Below, piece after piece: positions 56,247 to 64,000 of a stretch of 64,000 nt of DNA. The translations under genes and the position numbers were made by a program. Under the pieces are notes generated by a model. The model had not been told where the DNA came from. It did not search any database and saw only the letters and a program-made list of their open reading frames with translations. This DNA is from a virus (taxonomy: Duplodnaviria > Caudoviricetes), in IMG/VR virus record IMGVR_UViG_2895476258_000012, positions 54 through 64,053 of that record; one strand, 5' to 3'. The stretch's first letter is position 1. Every line of letters begins with the position of its first letter.

Positions 56247-57044
56247 TCTCGGCTTTCAGCCGTCCATAGAAGCCCAACGGGGAAGCAGGGGAAGTATGGC
56301 GACGGACAGCAGGGCAACTCGATAACCTCTCTTGGCCCCAGCCGGTTCGGGACAATCGAGAACCTTCACGGGGCCAGCGTCAGCCCTACCAAGCCCATCC
56401 CTCTACTTCCTCCGCTTGTCGACAGCGACCGCAGCGCGTGATCATCTGACAAGCAAAGCCCTGGCAGCTGCACGCCCGCTCGCGGCAAGCTGCGATTCCC
56501 CGGCCGGTCCCGCCGCGGCGGCGCGCGTGCCGGCAAAGCCGAACATCCGGAACATGTAGACCTGGTCAGCGCTCGGCGCCCGCTCCTTTTCGACGTCGCC
56601 CAGGTCCCGCAGTGCCACGATCAGAGTCCATGGCGGACCAGCCGCACAAGGCAACTACCCGTTGATATGGAAAGGAATATGGGACTCCGCCCCAAACCTC
56701 GGCCCTCCTCGGAGATGACCCAAGATCGTTGGGCGCTGTCGAAGGTGAACCGGCGTGGCCATCTCCTCGCCGGTCACCCCAAGGGACACCTGACCAGCCG
56801 CGCCCGGGCAAGCCGCTTACTGCCCGGCAGAACAACCAACGCGAGGAAGGTCACCGGAAACATGTACACGCGAACGGCGGCTTGCCCTGGCACGGCTGGT
56901 CAGGTATGGCGATGCCTGCCCGAGGAGGAGATTATCTCAACACCCGCCTGGAGACAGGAGTTGCCTGTCGGACCTTCCAATTGACAGGTATGGTCGGTTT
57001 CGTTGAGCGGGGGCACTGCGTCCGCATCCTATGGTGAGGTTTCT

Positions 57045-57731
57045 ATGGAGCTGCAGCCGTACGAAACGACCTTCACGGTGGCACTACCTGATCGTGAGGG
57101 ATGCTGGGACGCTGTTCATCATGTGCGCCACGCTTTACTAGACTGGAGTGGCTTCGACCTCACTAAAATCTTAACTCTCGTAGATACGCGCTTGGGCATA
57201 TTTGAGGAACTTGAGTGGATCAAGGTCCAACGCAAAATAGGCAAGAAGACCGGCTCGCACCTTCCACCTCATCGGGTTACTGTTACTGGCTCTAACAGCA
57301 AGTTGGTTAAACTTGAGAAGTCCTTGGACTTCGCTACAGCGACCGTGACCTTTGTCATCACGGGCTTCAAGCCGCCGACGGCGCCAGCTATATCGTTTCA
57401 TCTCCGTATCAGGACGGATGATGCGAATGAGCCCGGAAAAGTGCAAGACATTTTCCGCCAATCAGTCGACACATTCGTTGCTATGCGCACCGCGCATCAA
57501 TCAATAGTTTTCCAAGAACCATCAGTATCTGAAGGCGCCGATATGGCAGACAGTAGTCGGGAGCTAGAAGAGCTAATAGATTCAGGCGCCTACGATATAA
57601 TCTTCAATCCATGGTGGCGGCGCCTCTGGCGACTGATCAGCACTCAACCGTTAATGGTGCAAATAGTTGGTGGAACTGTCGCCACAGTCGTCGGGGCAGG
57701 ATTGATAGCATTGGTAGCCAAGCTGCTGTAG
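57045..57731 (+). CDS. Hypothetical protein with C-terminal TM helix (low GC)
   Basis: Long ORF with atypical codon usage. Confidence 0.6.
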   Translation: MELQPYETTFTVALPDREGCWDAVHHVRHALLDWSGFDLTKILTLVDTRLGIFEELEWIKVQRKIGKKTGSHLPPHRVTVTGSNSKLVKLEKSLDFATATVTFVITGFKPPTAPAISFHLRIRTDDANEPGKVQDIFRQSVDTFVAMRTAHQSIVFQEPSVSEGADMADSSRELEELIDSGAYDIIFNPWWRRLWRLISTQPLMVQIVGGTVATVVGAGLIALVAKLL

Positions 57732-57839
57732 CTCTTGGTGTACCACATCTCGGGATGTCATCTTGAGGCGCCTGAGTGCCACCCCTGTGGTCGTGAAGCG
57801 CCAGCTATATGAGCTTATCGATGGAAGAGACGCACTGAA

Positions 57840-58646
57840 ATGGATTATGTCGAAACTCCAGAAATCAACGAGACCCGCAAAAAGACTGCTGCCATCCAAC
57901 ATGATCTCAGAAAATGGCGCCTTTCTTACATGTCGCTTATAACGGTAGTTTCTAGTGCAATACTTGGATCGCTCACCTTTTTGACAATAGGATTGATCGT
58001 GCGGAATCAATCTCTTGTTAACAATACGGGCAACTTCTTGGCTATTCTGGTAATATTTAGCCCGGCATGGGGAGCCGCAGCATTAGAACTTCGCGATCGA
58101 CTCTTTGGTCTGCGCCAAGAATTGGTTGACTTAAGGCACGCTCTCCGAAGCCTGGTAGCCAAAGCCGTAAACTCGCCACAAAGCAGGTATATAAGCTACA
58201 AGGATTCTCTTCCTGAACTGATTTTGCATTTCAGAACTCGCGCCAACAGATATCGCTATATCCACAATGCACTTCAAACAATAGTAATTGCCGGATCGGT
58301 CATTACTTCCACGATAATCGCTGCCGCAGGGGATCTTCCATGGGGTCGCTGGCTAGGCGCAACAGTTGCGCTGCTTCTTGGCGTATCGGCTGGAGTCTCT
58401 AGCTATTTCAAGCTCAACGATAAAAGCGCGGCCCTCCAAAAGGCTGCCGACGATATTGAGATCGAGATGAGAGCGTTCGACCTTTCTATCAACGATTATG
58501 GCTCGATGGAGACAGGCGACGCCATAATCCAATTCGTCAAGAAGGTCGAGAAAATACGCGTCGAGCATGCCACACACGCGCGGGACCTCGACCAGTCAGC
58601 CGATAGGCTTACCTTTACCTACACGCAGTCTTCCTCTCCTACATGA
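57840..58646 (+). CDS. SLATT/DUF4231-like membrane protein (low GC)
   Basis: ANRYRYIHNALQTIVIAGS..(TM)..(TM)GVSSYFKLNDK..ALQKAADDIEIE. Confidence 0.65.
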   Translation: MDYVETPEINETRKKTAAIQHDLRKWRLSYMSLITVVSSAILGSLTFLTIGLIVRNQSLVNNTGNFLAILVIFSPAWGAAALELRDRLFGLRQELVDLRHALRSLVAKAVNSPQSRYISYKDSLPELILHFRTRANRYRYIHNALQTIVIAGSVITSTIIAAAGDLPWGRWLGATVALLLGVSAGVSSYFKLNDKSAALQKAADDIEIEMRAFDLSINDYGSMETGDAIIQFVKKVEKIRVEHATHARDLDQSADRLTFTYTQSSSPT

Positions 58647-58869
58647 GAGCCGTGGAACGCCTAGCTCGAAGACCTCAGCGTTCGACTTGCCATGTGCAGC
58701 ACCAAAGTGCAGCAACCATGCCGACCACTAGCAACCGCTCACGATCTCTACAACCCGCGTGACCTCTACGCCACCCCCTCAACGACCTTCACGCCACGAA
58801 TTCGCATCGAAAGGTCAGTACCTCCGCCTGGCCCGGGAGTCGTGATCTGCCGACACTTTAGCCGGAACG

Positions 58870-59436
58870 TCAAGCTTTACGCCCGATGGCGCCGATAAGC
58901 TGCTCGTACTCCTTTCTGAGTTTCCAGAACATTTCGATTACATCCGCTTCGAATTGCTCTGGCCAATTCCGTCGAGAGTGCCACGAATAGGTTGTGCCGA
59001 GTTCTTTCCATTGACTATGCCTGACGCGCCAAGAGTTATGGTGGTCAAGAAAATCAAGATAGGAGTTGGGAATTGTTGATCCCTCGATTAGGTGACTCTT
59101 GCCAGCCAGTAGAGCCTGAATAGCGAAATTTCGAGGCATAGCTTCGGTCTCGACCCAGTGAAGCCATATAGGAAGCTCCTTCTCGGGTATGTGATCACCG
59201 TCAAACACGTGCTGTCTGCCTAGAGTTGCGAGAAGGTCCTCCCAAGTAAACCGTCCCTCATATACTAGAAAAGCAAGGGGGCCATACAGTTCTTCCAATT
59301 GTTTCTGAACATACTCAAGTCGAGCCGAAATCTGCCGTCGCCGAATTTCGTTTCTGTTTGAAAGAATACTAGTAACAAGCCACCCCAATGCAGACACGGC
59401 CCCCGCGATGATGGCGACAGTTATAGCTGTGTTCAT
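58870..59436 (-). CDS. Hypothetical protein with N-terminal TM helix (low GC)
   Basis: AIIAGAVSALGWLV; QLEELYGPL. Confidence 0.6.
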   Translation of the reverse strand: MNTAITVAIIAGAVSALGWLVTSILSNRNEIRRRQISARLEYVQKQLEELYGPLAFLVYEGRFTWEDLLATLGRQHVFDGDHIPEKELPIWLHWVETEAMPRNFAIQALLAGKSHLIEGSTIPNSYLDFLDHHNSWRVRHSQWKELGTTYSWHSRRNWPEQFEADVIEMFWKLRKEYEQLIGAIGRKA

Positions 59437-59519
59437 AAATCTCCAAAATGGCAACCAACCAAGCTAAGGCCCAGATTCTTCACCGCGACGCCCCCACAGG
59501 GTGATCACATCATGAAGCG

Positions 59520-59539
59520 GGGGACCACCTGGGGACCAC
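59520..59539. repeat. Direct repeat GGGGACCAC x2 (possible integrase arm site)
   Basis: Copies at 59520 and 59531, about 95 bp from the att core. Confidence 0.4.
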
Positions 59540-59632
59540 ACGCTGTGCATACCGCTGAACAAGCTCCGCCTAGCTACACCGAACGCGCCTCGCAAAGAGG
59601 CTTTGACCTCCACAAACGATGAGCCCCGCCGT

Positions 59633-59678
59633 ACTGGGGGTCAAGGGGTCGCAGGTTCAAACCCTGTCATGCCGACCA
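59633..59678 (+). other. att-site remnant: 3' half of tRNA-Pro(GGG)
   Basis: ACTGGGGGTCAAGGGGTCGCAGGTTCAAACCCTGTCATGCCGACCA: anticodon loop to CCA, with no 5' half. Confidence 0.75.
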
Positions 59679-59757
59679 GATCGACGCTGGTCGAGCATGG
59701 TGTCACTCACCGGGATGGCGCCCTATCGCATTGGTGAGAGACCAACACCCATCGTGG

Positions 59758-62700
59758 TCAGAGCGAGGTGGCGTCGCGCAGCTCCGACACCGCCGAGTGC
59801 GCCACGAACAGCCCGTCTGGGAGCCGCCGTCCTCGCCCGTCGCGCCGTTCGACGCTCGCGACCCAGCCGTGCCGAGCCAGTTCGGTCAGCGCGGCACGCA
59901 CACCGTTCGCCCCGTGCTTGCACACCCACGGGCGGCGCCGCAACGCCTGCCGGACCTGCTCGACGGTGAACTCCGCGACGGCCTTGCGGCGCATCCATGT
60001 CAGGACGTGCCCGGCGGCTTCGCTGACCCGGCCCAGCATCCCGTCACCACCCGGGACCATGCCTGCGGCGCCTCCGCTGAGCACGGCTTGGGCGTGCTCG
60101 ATCGACCAGTCGGCGATGGTGAGCGCGTGCTCCATCACTGTGCGGTCCACCACCTGCTGCGGGGCTCGCCCGTCCGCCAGGTGTAGCAGGGCGGCCAGCC
60201 GGTAGGTGATGCCTTCCAGTTTCTTCGCCCATCCCTTGATGTGCGCCAGGTCGCCGCTGTCGGGGTCGACGCGGCTTTCCATCTCGATCCGCCACCCCAG
60301 GTGCAGGGCTTCGGCGTCGTCGCTGATCCGCATGGCGACGGGTTCGCGCGGCTGACCGTGCTCGTCGAACGCGGTCCCGTCCGGCAGCACAGCGTGGTAG
60401 ACGCGGAACACGGCCTCTCGCCAAGCTCGGGCCAGGTGGGGTGGAACGTCTGGCGGGTTCTTGTCGCGGCGGCCAGCGAGGCTTTCGGGTGCGGCGAACA
60501 GGAAGCGGTTGAGCAGGCCGCGGTCGGCGACGGCGGGGCTGGAGAGCGCATCGGCGACGACGACGGGCTGCACGGCGAGGCTGATGGTGAGGGACGGCCG
60601 GTCCACCTCGAACGGGTCGCGGGTGATGCGTTCGAGCCGGTACGGTTCGCTGCTGTCGTAGCTGGTGAGCACGAGCTCCAGGTTGGGGATGCCTCGGCTG
60701 TAGCGGCCGGACAGGGTGCCGAGGAAGCCGCCTTCGGCGGAGATGATGCCGATGTGGCCGCCGGTGCGGTGCATGATTTTGCCGAGCACTTCTGGGGTGA
60801 CGTCTCCGGCGAGCAACTGCGGTTTGGGCGGCGGGGTGGTGTCGGCGATTTCCTGTTTGATGCTGTCGAGGTCGGCGAGCAGGTTGGTGCGTTGCCCGCC
60901 GTGGGCGTCGGCGATTTTGGCGACGAGCCGGTCTCGGGTTTTGACGGCGATGTCGTGGGCTTCGGCGGCGTCGCCGTGGTTGTTGCCCCAGTCGCTGCGG
61001 AGGTGGCGTTCGAGGTCGTAGACGGGTGCGGCGACGGCGCCCACGGCGGGTGACTTGCCTTCGCCGCTGTCGGCGATGGCGGCGAGGAACAGGTTGAGGG
61101 CGTTCTCGGTCCATTTGCCGGTGATGGTGGCGTGGTTGCCGACGAGCGCGGCGAGCGCGCCGAGGATGGCGAAACACGGCAGGTCGACCGGTACCTGCAT
61201 GAAGACGGCGACCGCTTCGGCGAACTTGCCGATATCGCCCGGCAGGCAGCCAACGGGGAACGGCGGCAGGACGACGTGTGCGCTGTCCTGGCCGGGCGCT
61301 GTCCATGGCGCTGCGTTGAGCAGGTCACGGCTGGCGTAGACGCCGCGTTGGATGTCGGCGTCGGCGGCGTTGGCCATGACGTGGCGTACGTCGCCGGTGC
61401 CGGTCGTGCCCGGTTCGGCTGCCGCCTCGCCTGCCTGCATGCCGTCTTCTCCCCCGCCGTGGTCGTCGTGGTTGTGCTGGGTGCGGTGCTCGGGTCGCGC
61501 GTCCGGTTTGGCGTGGTCGGCCGGCCAGGGCACGTCGCGCCAGGTTTCGCTGGGCTTCCACGGTGTGATGCCGCACCTGTCGCGGATGTGGTCGAGGATG
61601 CGGGCGGGCAGCGCGCGGGCTTCGAGGCTGGCGAGGGGGTTGCCGGCGGCGGCGGCGATCAGGTCTCGGGCTGCTTCTTGTTCGTCGCCGTGGTGGTGGA
61701 GGTGGGCGAACAGGCGGGCGTGGGTGAGCCGGTTGCCGGGTCCGGTGGGTAGGCCGGTGGCGTCGGAGAAGACGACGGCGACGGGTATGCCGCCGTGGCC
61801 GCAGCGGATCGAGTAGGCGGAGGTGGCTCCGTCGCGGCGCCACAGTTCGGCGCCGTCGCGTTCGGTTCCGGCATGGGTGTAGCCGCACGGTTCGAGCAGG
61901 TCGCGCCATTCGCACACTTCGTCGAGCGCGTCGAACGGGCCTACCGTGCCCGCCGTAGCGGCCCCGGCGGGCCGGGCGATTCGCGGCTTGGGCCTGGGCG
62001 GTGTGCTGGCGGTTCGCGGCTTGGGTGCGGCTGCGGGCTGGGGTTCGGGCAGGTCGATCTGGTAGAGGAGGTGCGCCAGGTCGCGGAGCCGGTAGGTGGC
62101 TCCGGTGGAGTTCAGGACGCGGCAGGGGCGTTCCAGGCCTTCTTTGCGGTTGAGGGTGCCGGGGATGCGCAGCACCCGGTCGAGGTTGCCGACGCCGGTG
62201 CCGTAGTGGTAGCCGAGCCTGTTGGCGGCGGCCTCGATGGTGTGCTGCCAGCGGGCGGACATGTCTGCGAGGTCGACGAGGGTGTCGGCGGTGATCTGGA
62301 TGGGCCGGTCGAGCAGGTGCCACGGGTACAGGCCGCCGCCGGAGTGGATCCACAGGGTGGGTTCGGGCAGCCCGGCTTCGGCCATGATGCGTCGCGCGTC
62401 GCCCTCGGTGGGCGGCAGCGGTCGGGTGATGTGGGTGTGGGTTTTGCCGCAGTCGCTGGGGCAGAGTTTGTGCTTGTGGCCTGGCCCGGCGATGTCGAGG
62501 TCCGCCCACATGCCGGGCAGGGCGAGCGACATGTCGGCGCCACCGCGTTTGCCGGTCGCGGGGGTGCGGCTGAGCGTGGTGACCCGCGCGTAAATGCCTT
62601 CGCGGCCCTGCTGGTCGAGCCAGTCGATGTAGGCGACGGCGGCGGTGACGCCTGCCGGGTCGGTGGCGAAGCAGCGTCCCGCCCAGGCGCCGGTGGCGCA

Positions 62701-62868
62701 CACGTTGATCAGGCCGGGCGATTCGCCGTGGAGGTGGGTGAGCCATTCGCGGGCCTGGTCGAGGTCGGCGGCGACCGTCATACGCGCCGTCCGGAGGGCC
62801 GCGGGGGCAGGTGCATTCGGCGACGCCTTTCGTGTGGTGCGAAGGGTGTGGTCAGCGACAGGCAGCAC
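59758..62868 (-). CDS. AEP/RepB-type primase fused to DUF3987 (YfjI-like) NTPase; alternative start 62781
   Basis: WADLD, WIHSGGGLYPW, RVLRIPGTLN; DSGEGKSP, DVTPEVL, SAEGG, GLLNRFLF; C-terminal wHTH. Confidence 0.85.
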   Translation of the reverse strand: MLPVADHTLRTTRKASPNAPAPAALRTARMTVAADLDQAREWLTHLHGESPGLINVCATGAWAGRCFATDPAGVTAAVAYIDWLDQQGREGIYARVTTLSRTPATGKRGGADMSLALPGMWADLDIAGPGHKHKLCPSDCGKTHTHITRPLPPTEGDARRIMAEAGLPEPTLWIHSGGGLYPWHLLDRPIQITADTLVDLADMSARWQHTIEAAANRLGYHYGTGVGNLDRVLRIPGTLNRKEGLERPCRVLNSTGATYRLRDLAHLLYQIDLPEPQPAAAPKPRTASTPPRPKPRIARPAGAATAGTVGPFDALDEVCEWRDLLEPCGYTHAGTERDGAELWRRDGATSAYSIRCGHGGIPVAVVFSDATGLPTGPGNRLTHARLFAHLHHHGDEQEAARDLIAAAAGNPLASLEARALPARILDHIRDRCGITPWKPSETWRDVPWPADHAKPDARPEHRTQHNHDDHGGGEDGMQAGEAAAEPGTTGTGDVRHVMANAADADIQRGVYASRDLLNAAPWTAPGQDSAHVVLPPFPVGCLPGDIGKFAEAVAVFMQVPVDLPCFAILGALAALVGNHATITGKWTENALNLFLAAIADSGEGKSPAVGAVAAPVYDLERHLRSDWGNNHGDAAEAHDIAVKTRDRLVAKIADAHGGQRTNLLADLDSIKQEIADTTPPPKPQLLAGDVTPEVLGKIMHRTGGHIGIISAEGGFLGTLSGRYSRGIPNLELVLTSYDSSEPYRLERITRDPFEVDRPSLTISLAVQPVVVADALSSPAVADRGLLNRFLFAAPESLAGRRDKNPPDVPPHLARAWREAVFRVYHAVLPDGTAFDEHGQPREPVAMRISDDAEALHLGWRIEMESRVDPDSGDLAHIKGWAKKLEGITYRLAALLHLADGRAPQQVVDRTVMEHALTIADWSIEHAQAVLSGGAAGMVPGGDGMLGRVSEAAGHVLTWMRRKAVAEFTVEQVRQALRRRPWVCKHGANGVRAALTELARHGWVASVERRDGRGRRLPDGLFVAHSAVSELRDATSL

Positions 62869-63193
62869 AGGTGAGGCAGTGCGGGGTGCCTTGCGGGCCG
62901 TACCGTTCGTGCGGCCAGCCGCAGCCCTGGCATCGCCCGTTGAGCTGGTGGGGTTGGGGTACGGTGACGTTCGCTTCGCGCAGCCGGAGCGGGATCACGG
63001 GCGTCCCCGTTGGCGGGGCGCCCTGCCGGGTGACGGCGTTGGGCGCGCAGGCGGCGCAGCGCCATCCGAGCAGGTAGCGGCGGACGGGGGTGCCGCCGCA
63101 GTGGCGGCCGGTCGCGTCGTCGTAGTGGCCGCATACCTCACCGGCCCCGTGGTTGGGGCGGGTGTCGGGGCTGGGTGTAGCGGGACCGGTCAT
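62852..63193 (-). CDS. Cys/His-rich small protein (zinc-finger-like)
   Basis: CGH..C, CAAC, CQGCG, CLTC. Confidence 0.55.
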   Translation of the reverse strand: MTGPATPSPDTRPNHGAGEVCGHYDDATGRHCGGTPVRRYLLGWRCAACAPNAVTRQGAPPTGTPVIPLRLREANVTVPQPHQLNGRCQGCGWPHERYGPQGTPHCLTCAACR

Positions 63194-63287
63194 TCGTCTC
63201 CCTCGTCTCGTGCGTGGTCCGTAGGTGGCGTCACGCCTCTGAGGGAGAGGTGACGCCTTCTACGGTAGGCGTTTCTGCTTGCGCCAG

Positions 63288-63722
63288 CTACACGACGGGC
63301 CGCGGGTAGCCGGGCACGACGATGGAGTTGCAGGGGTGGCAGAGGACGAAGATGAGTGTGAGGATTCCTCCGTTGATCAGGCCGTATGAAAGCTCTTGGG
63401 CGGCACAGTGGATGCCGCAGTGGTCGCAACGGCCAAGCTTCGCGCCTTGGATGATGTTGCTGACGCATTCTCGGCAGAGCACGCCGCCGGGCACGGCGAC
63501 GAACCCGTAGAGGGGTTGCGGGTGGTCGAGGTGGACGCATCCGCGCGGGTCCGGCCCGTACACGGCCAGGAATTCGGTCACTGCGGTGGCGACCCAGACG
63601 GAGTGGATGGGGACGATGGGGTGGGCGACGGGGTCGGAGAGGGATTCGTAGATGCGGCGCGCGTCGTCGGCGGCGGCCTGAATCTGGTCGGTCACGTGGA
63701 CGTCGCGGGCGTCGCCGGTCAC
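63288..63722 (-). CDS. Cys-rich hypothetical protein
   Basis: CVHL, LCREC, CDHCG, LCHPC. Confidence 0.6.
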   Translation of the reverse strand: MTGDARDVHVTDQIQAAADDARRIYESLSDPVAHPIVPIHSVWVATAVTEFLAVYGPDPRGCVHLDHPQPLYGFVAVPGGVLCRECVSNIIQGAKLGRCDHCGIHCAAQELSYGLINGGILTLIFVLCHPCNSIVVPGYPRPVV

Positions 63723-64000
63723 AGTCGGCCTCCGGTGATGGTCTTGAAAAGGGTGTTGATCTGGCCGAGTTCGGTGAGTGCGGCGTCGCGTTCCTCGATG
63801 GTGTCGGCGAGCAGGCCGAGGGCGTGGTCGCGTTCGGCGATCGCTCCGTCGCGCTCCTTCTCGGCGTCGGTGGCGCGTTGTTCGGCTTCGCTGATGCGGG
63901 TTTCGACAGCGCGCAGCAGGGTGAGCGCGTCCCCGGTGCCGTTGGCCGGCGCAGGGGTGCGGTCGACGGCTGGGAGGGTGTTCCGCGTGGGCGGGGCTGG
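63719..64000 (-). CDS. Coiled-coil hypothetical protein, start beyond the right edge
   Basis: EQRATDAEKERDGAIAERDHAL; stop overlaps the next GTG. Confidence 0.55.
   Translation of the reverse strand, partial: PAPPTRNTLPAVDRTPAPANGTGDALTLLRAVETRISEAEQRATDAEKERDGAIAERDHALGLLADTIEERDAALTELGQINTLFKTITGGRL

Larger units (their letters stand above)
1..64000. mobile_element. Prophage-like element (siphovirus-type head-tail module) extending beyond both window edges
   Basis: Ordered terminase-portal-scaffold-capsid-tail-lysis genes on the minus strand plus a phage/plasmid-type primase; no core host genes; boundaries not visible. Confidence 0.9.

Noticed and set aside
59633-59678. Functional tRNA-Pro gene
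   Set aside because: The 5' half (acceptor 5' strand and D arm) is missing

Overview
High-GC actinobacterial (probably filamentous actinomycete) prophage-like element that fills the whole window; no host housekeeping genes and no integrase are visible. From right to left on the minus strand it carries: a primase-DUF3987 replication gene, an accessory region (tRNA-Pro att remnant, low-GC SLATT islet, iteron origin, resolvase, type ISP-like RM enzyme), a QueC-less 7-deazaguanine DNA-modification cluster (ParB-fold, DpdA/TGT-like, extra T-fold, QueD, QueE, FolE), terminases, head genes (portal, MuF-type minor capsid with a C-terminal HExxH domain, scaffold, capsid), a tail module with two tape-measure genes and two paralogous tail-tip gene pairs, and a lysis cassette. 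At the left end there is an SsgA-like / DUF2637 / GntR module and a Ro60 (TROVE/Rsr) gene. The Ro60 gene is preceded by a tandem array of four covarying Y RNA-like genes and a circularly permuted Ro-binding hairpin in its own leader. A palindrome GCAAGC-N6-GCTTGC recurs at gene boundaries across the element. All family assignments come from motif recognition by eye; no database searches were run.
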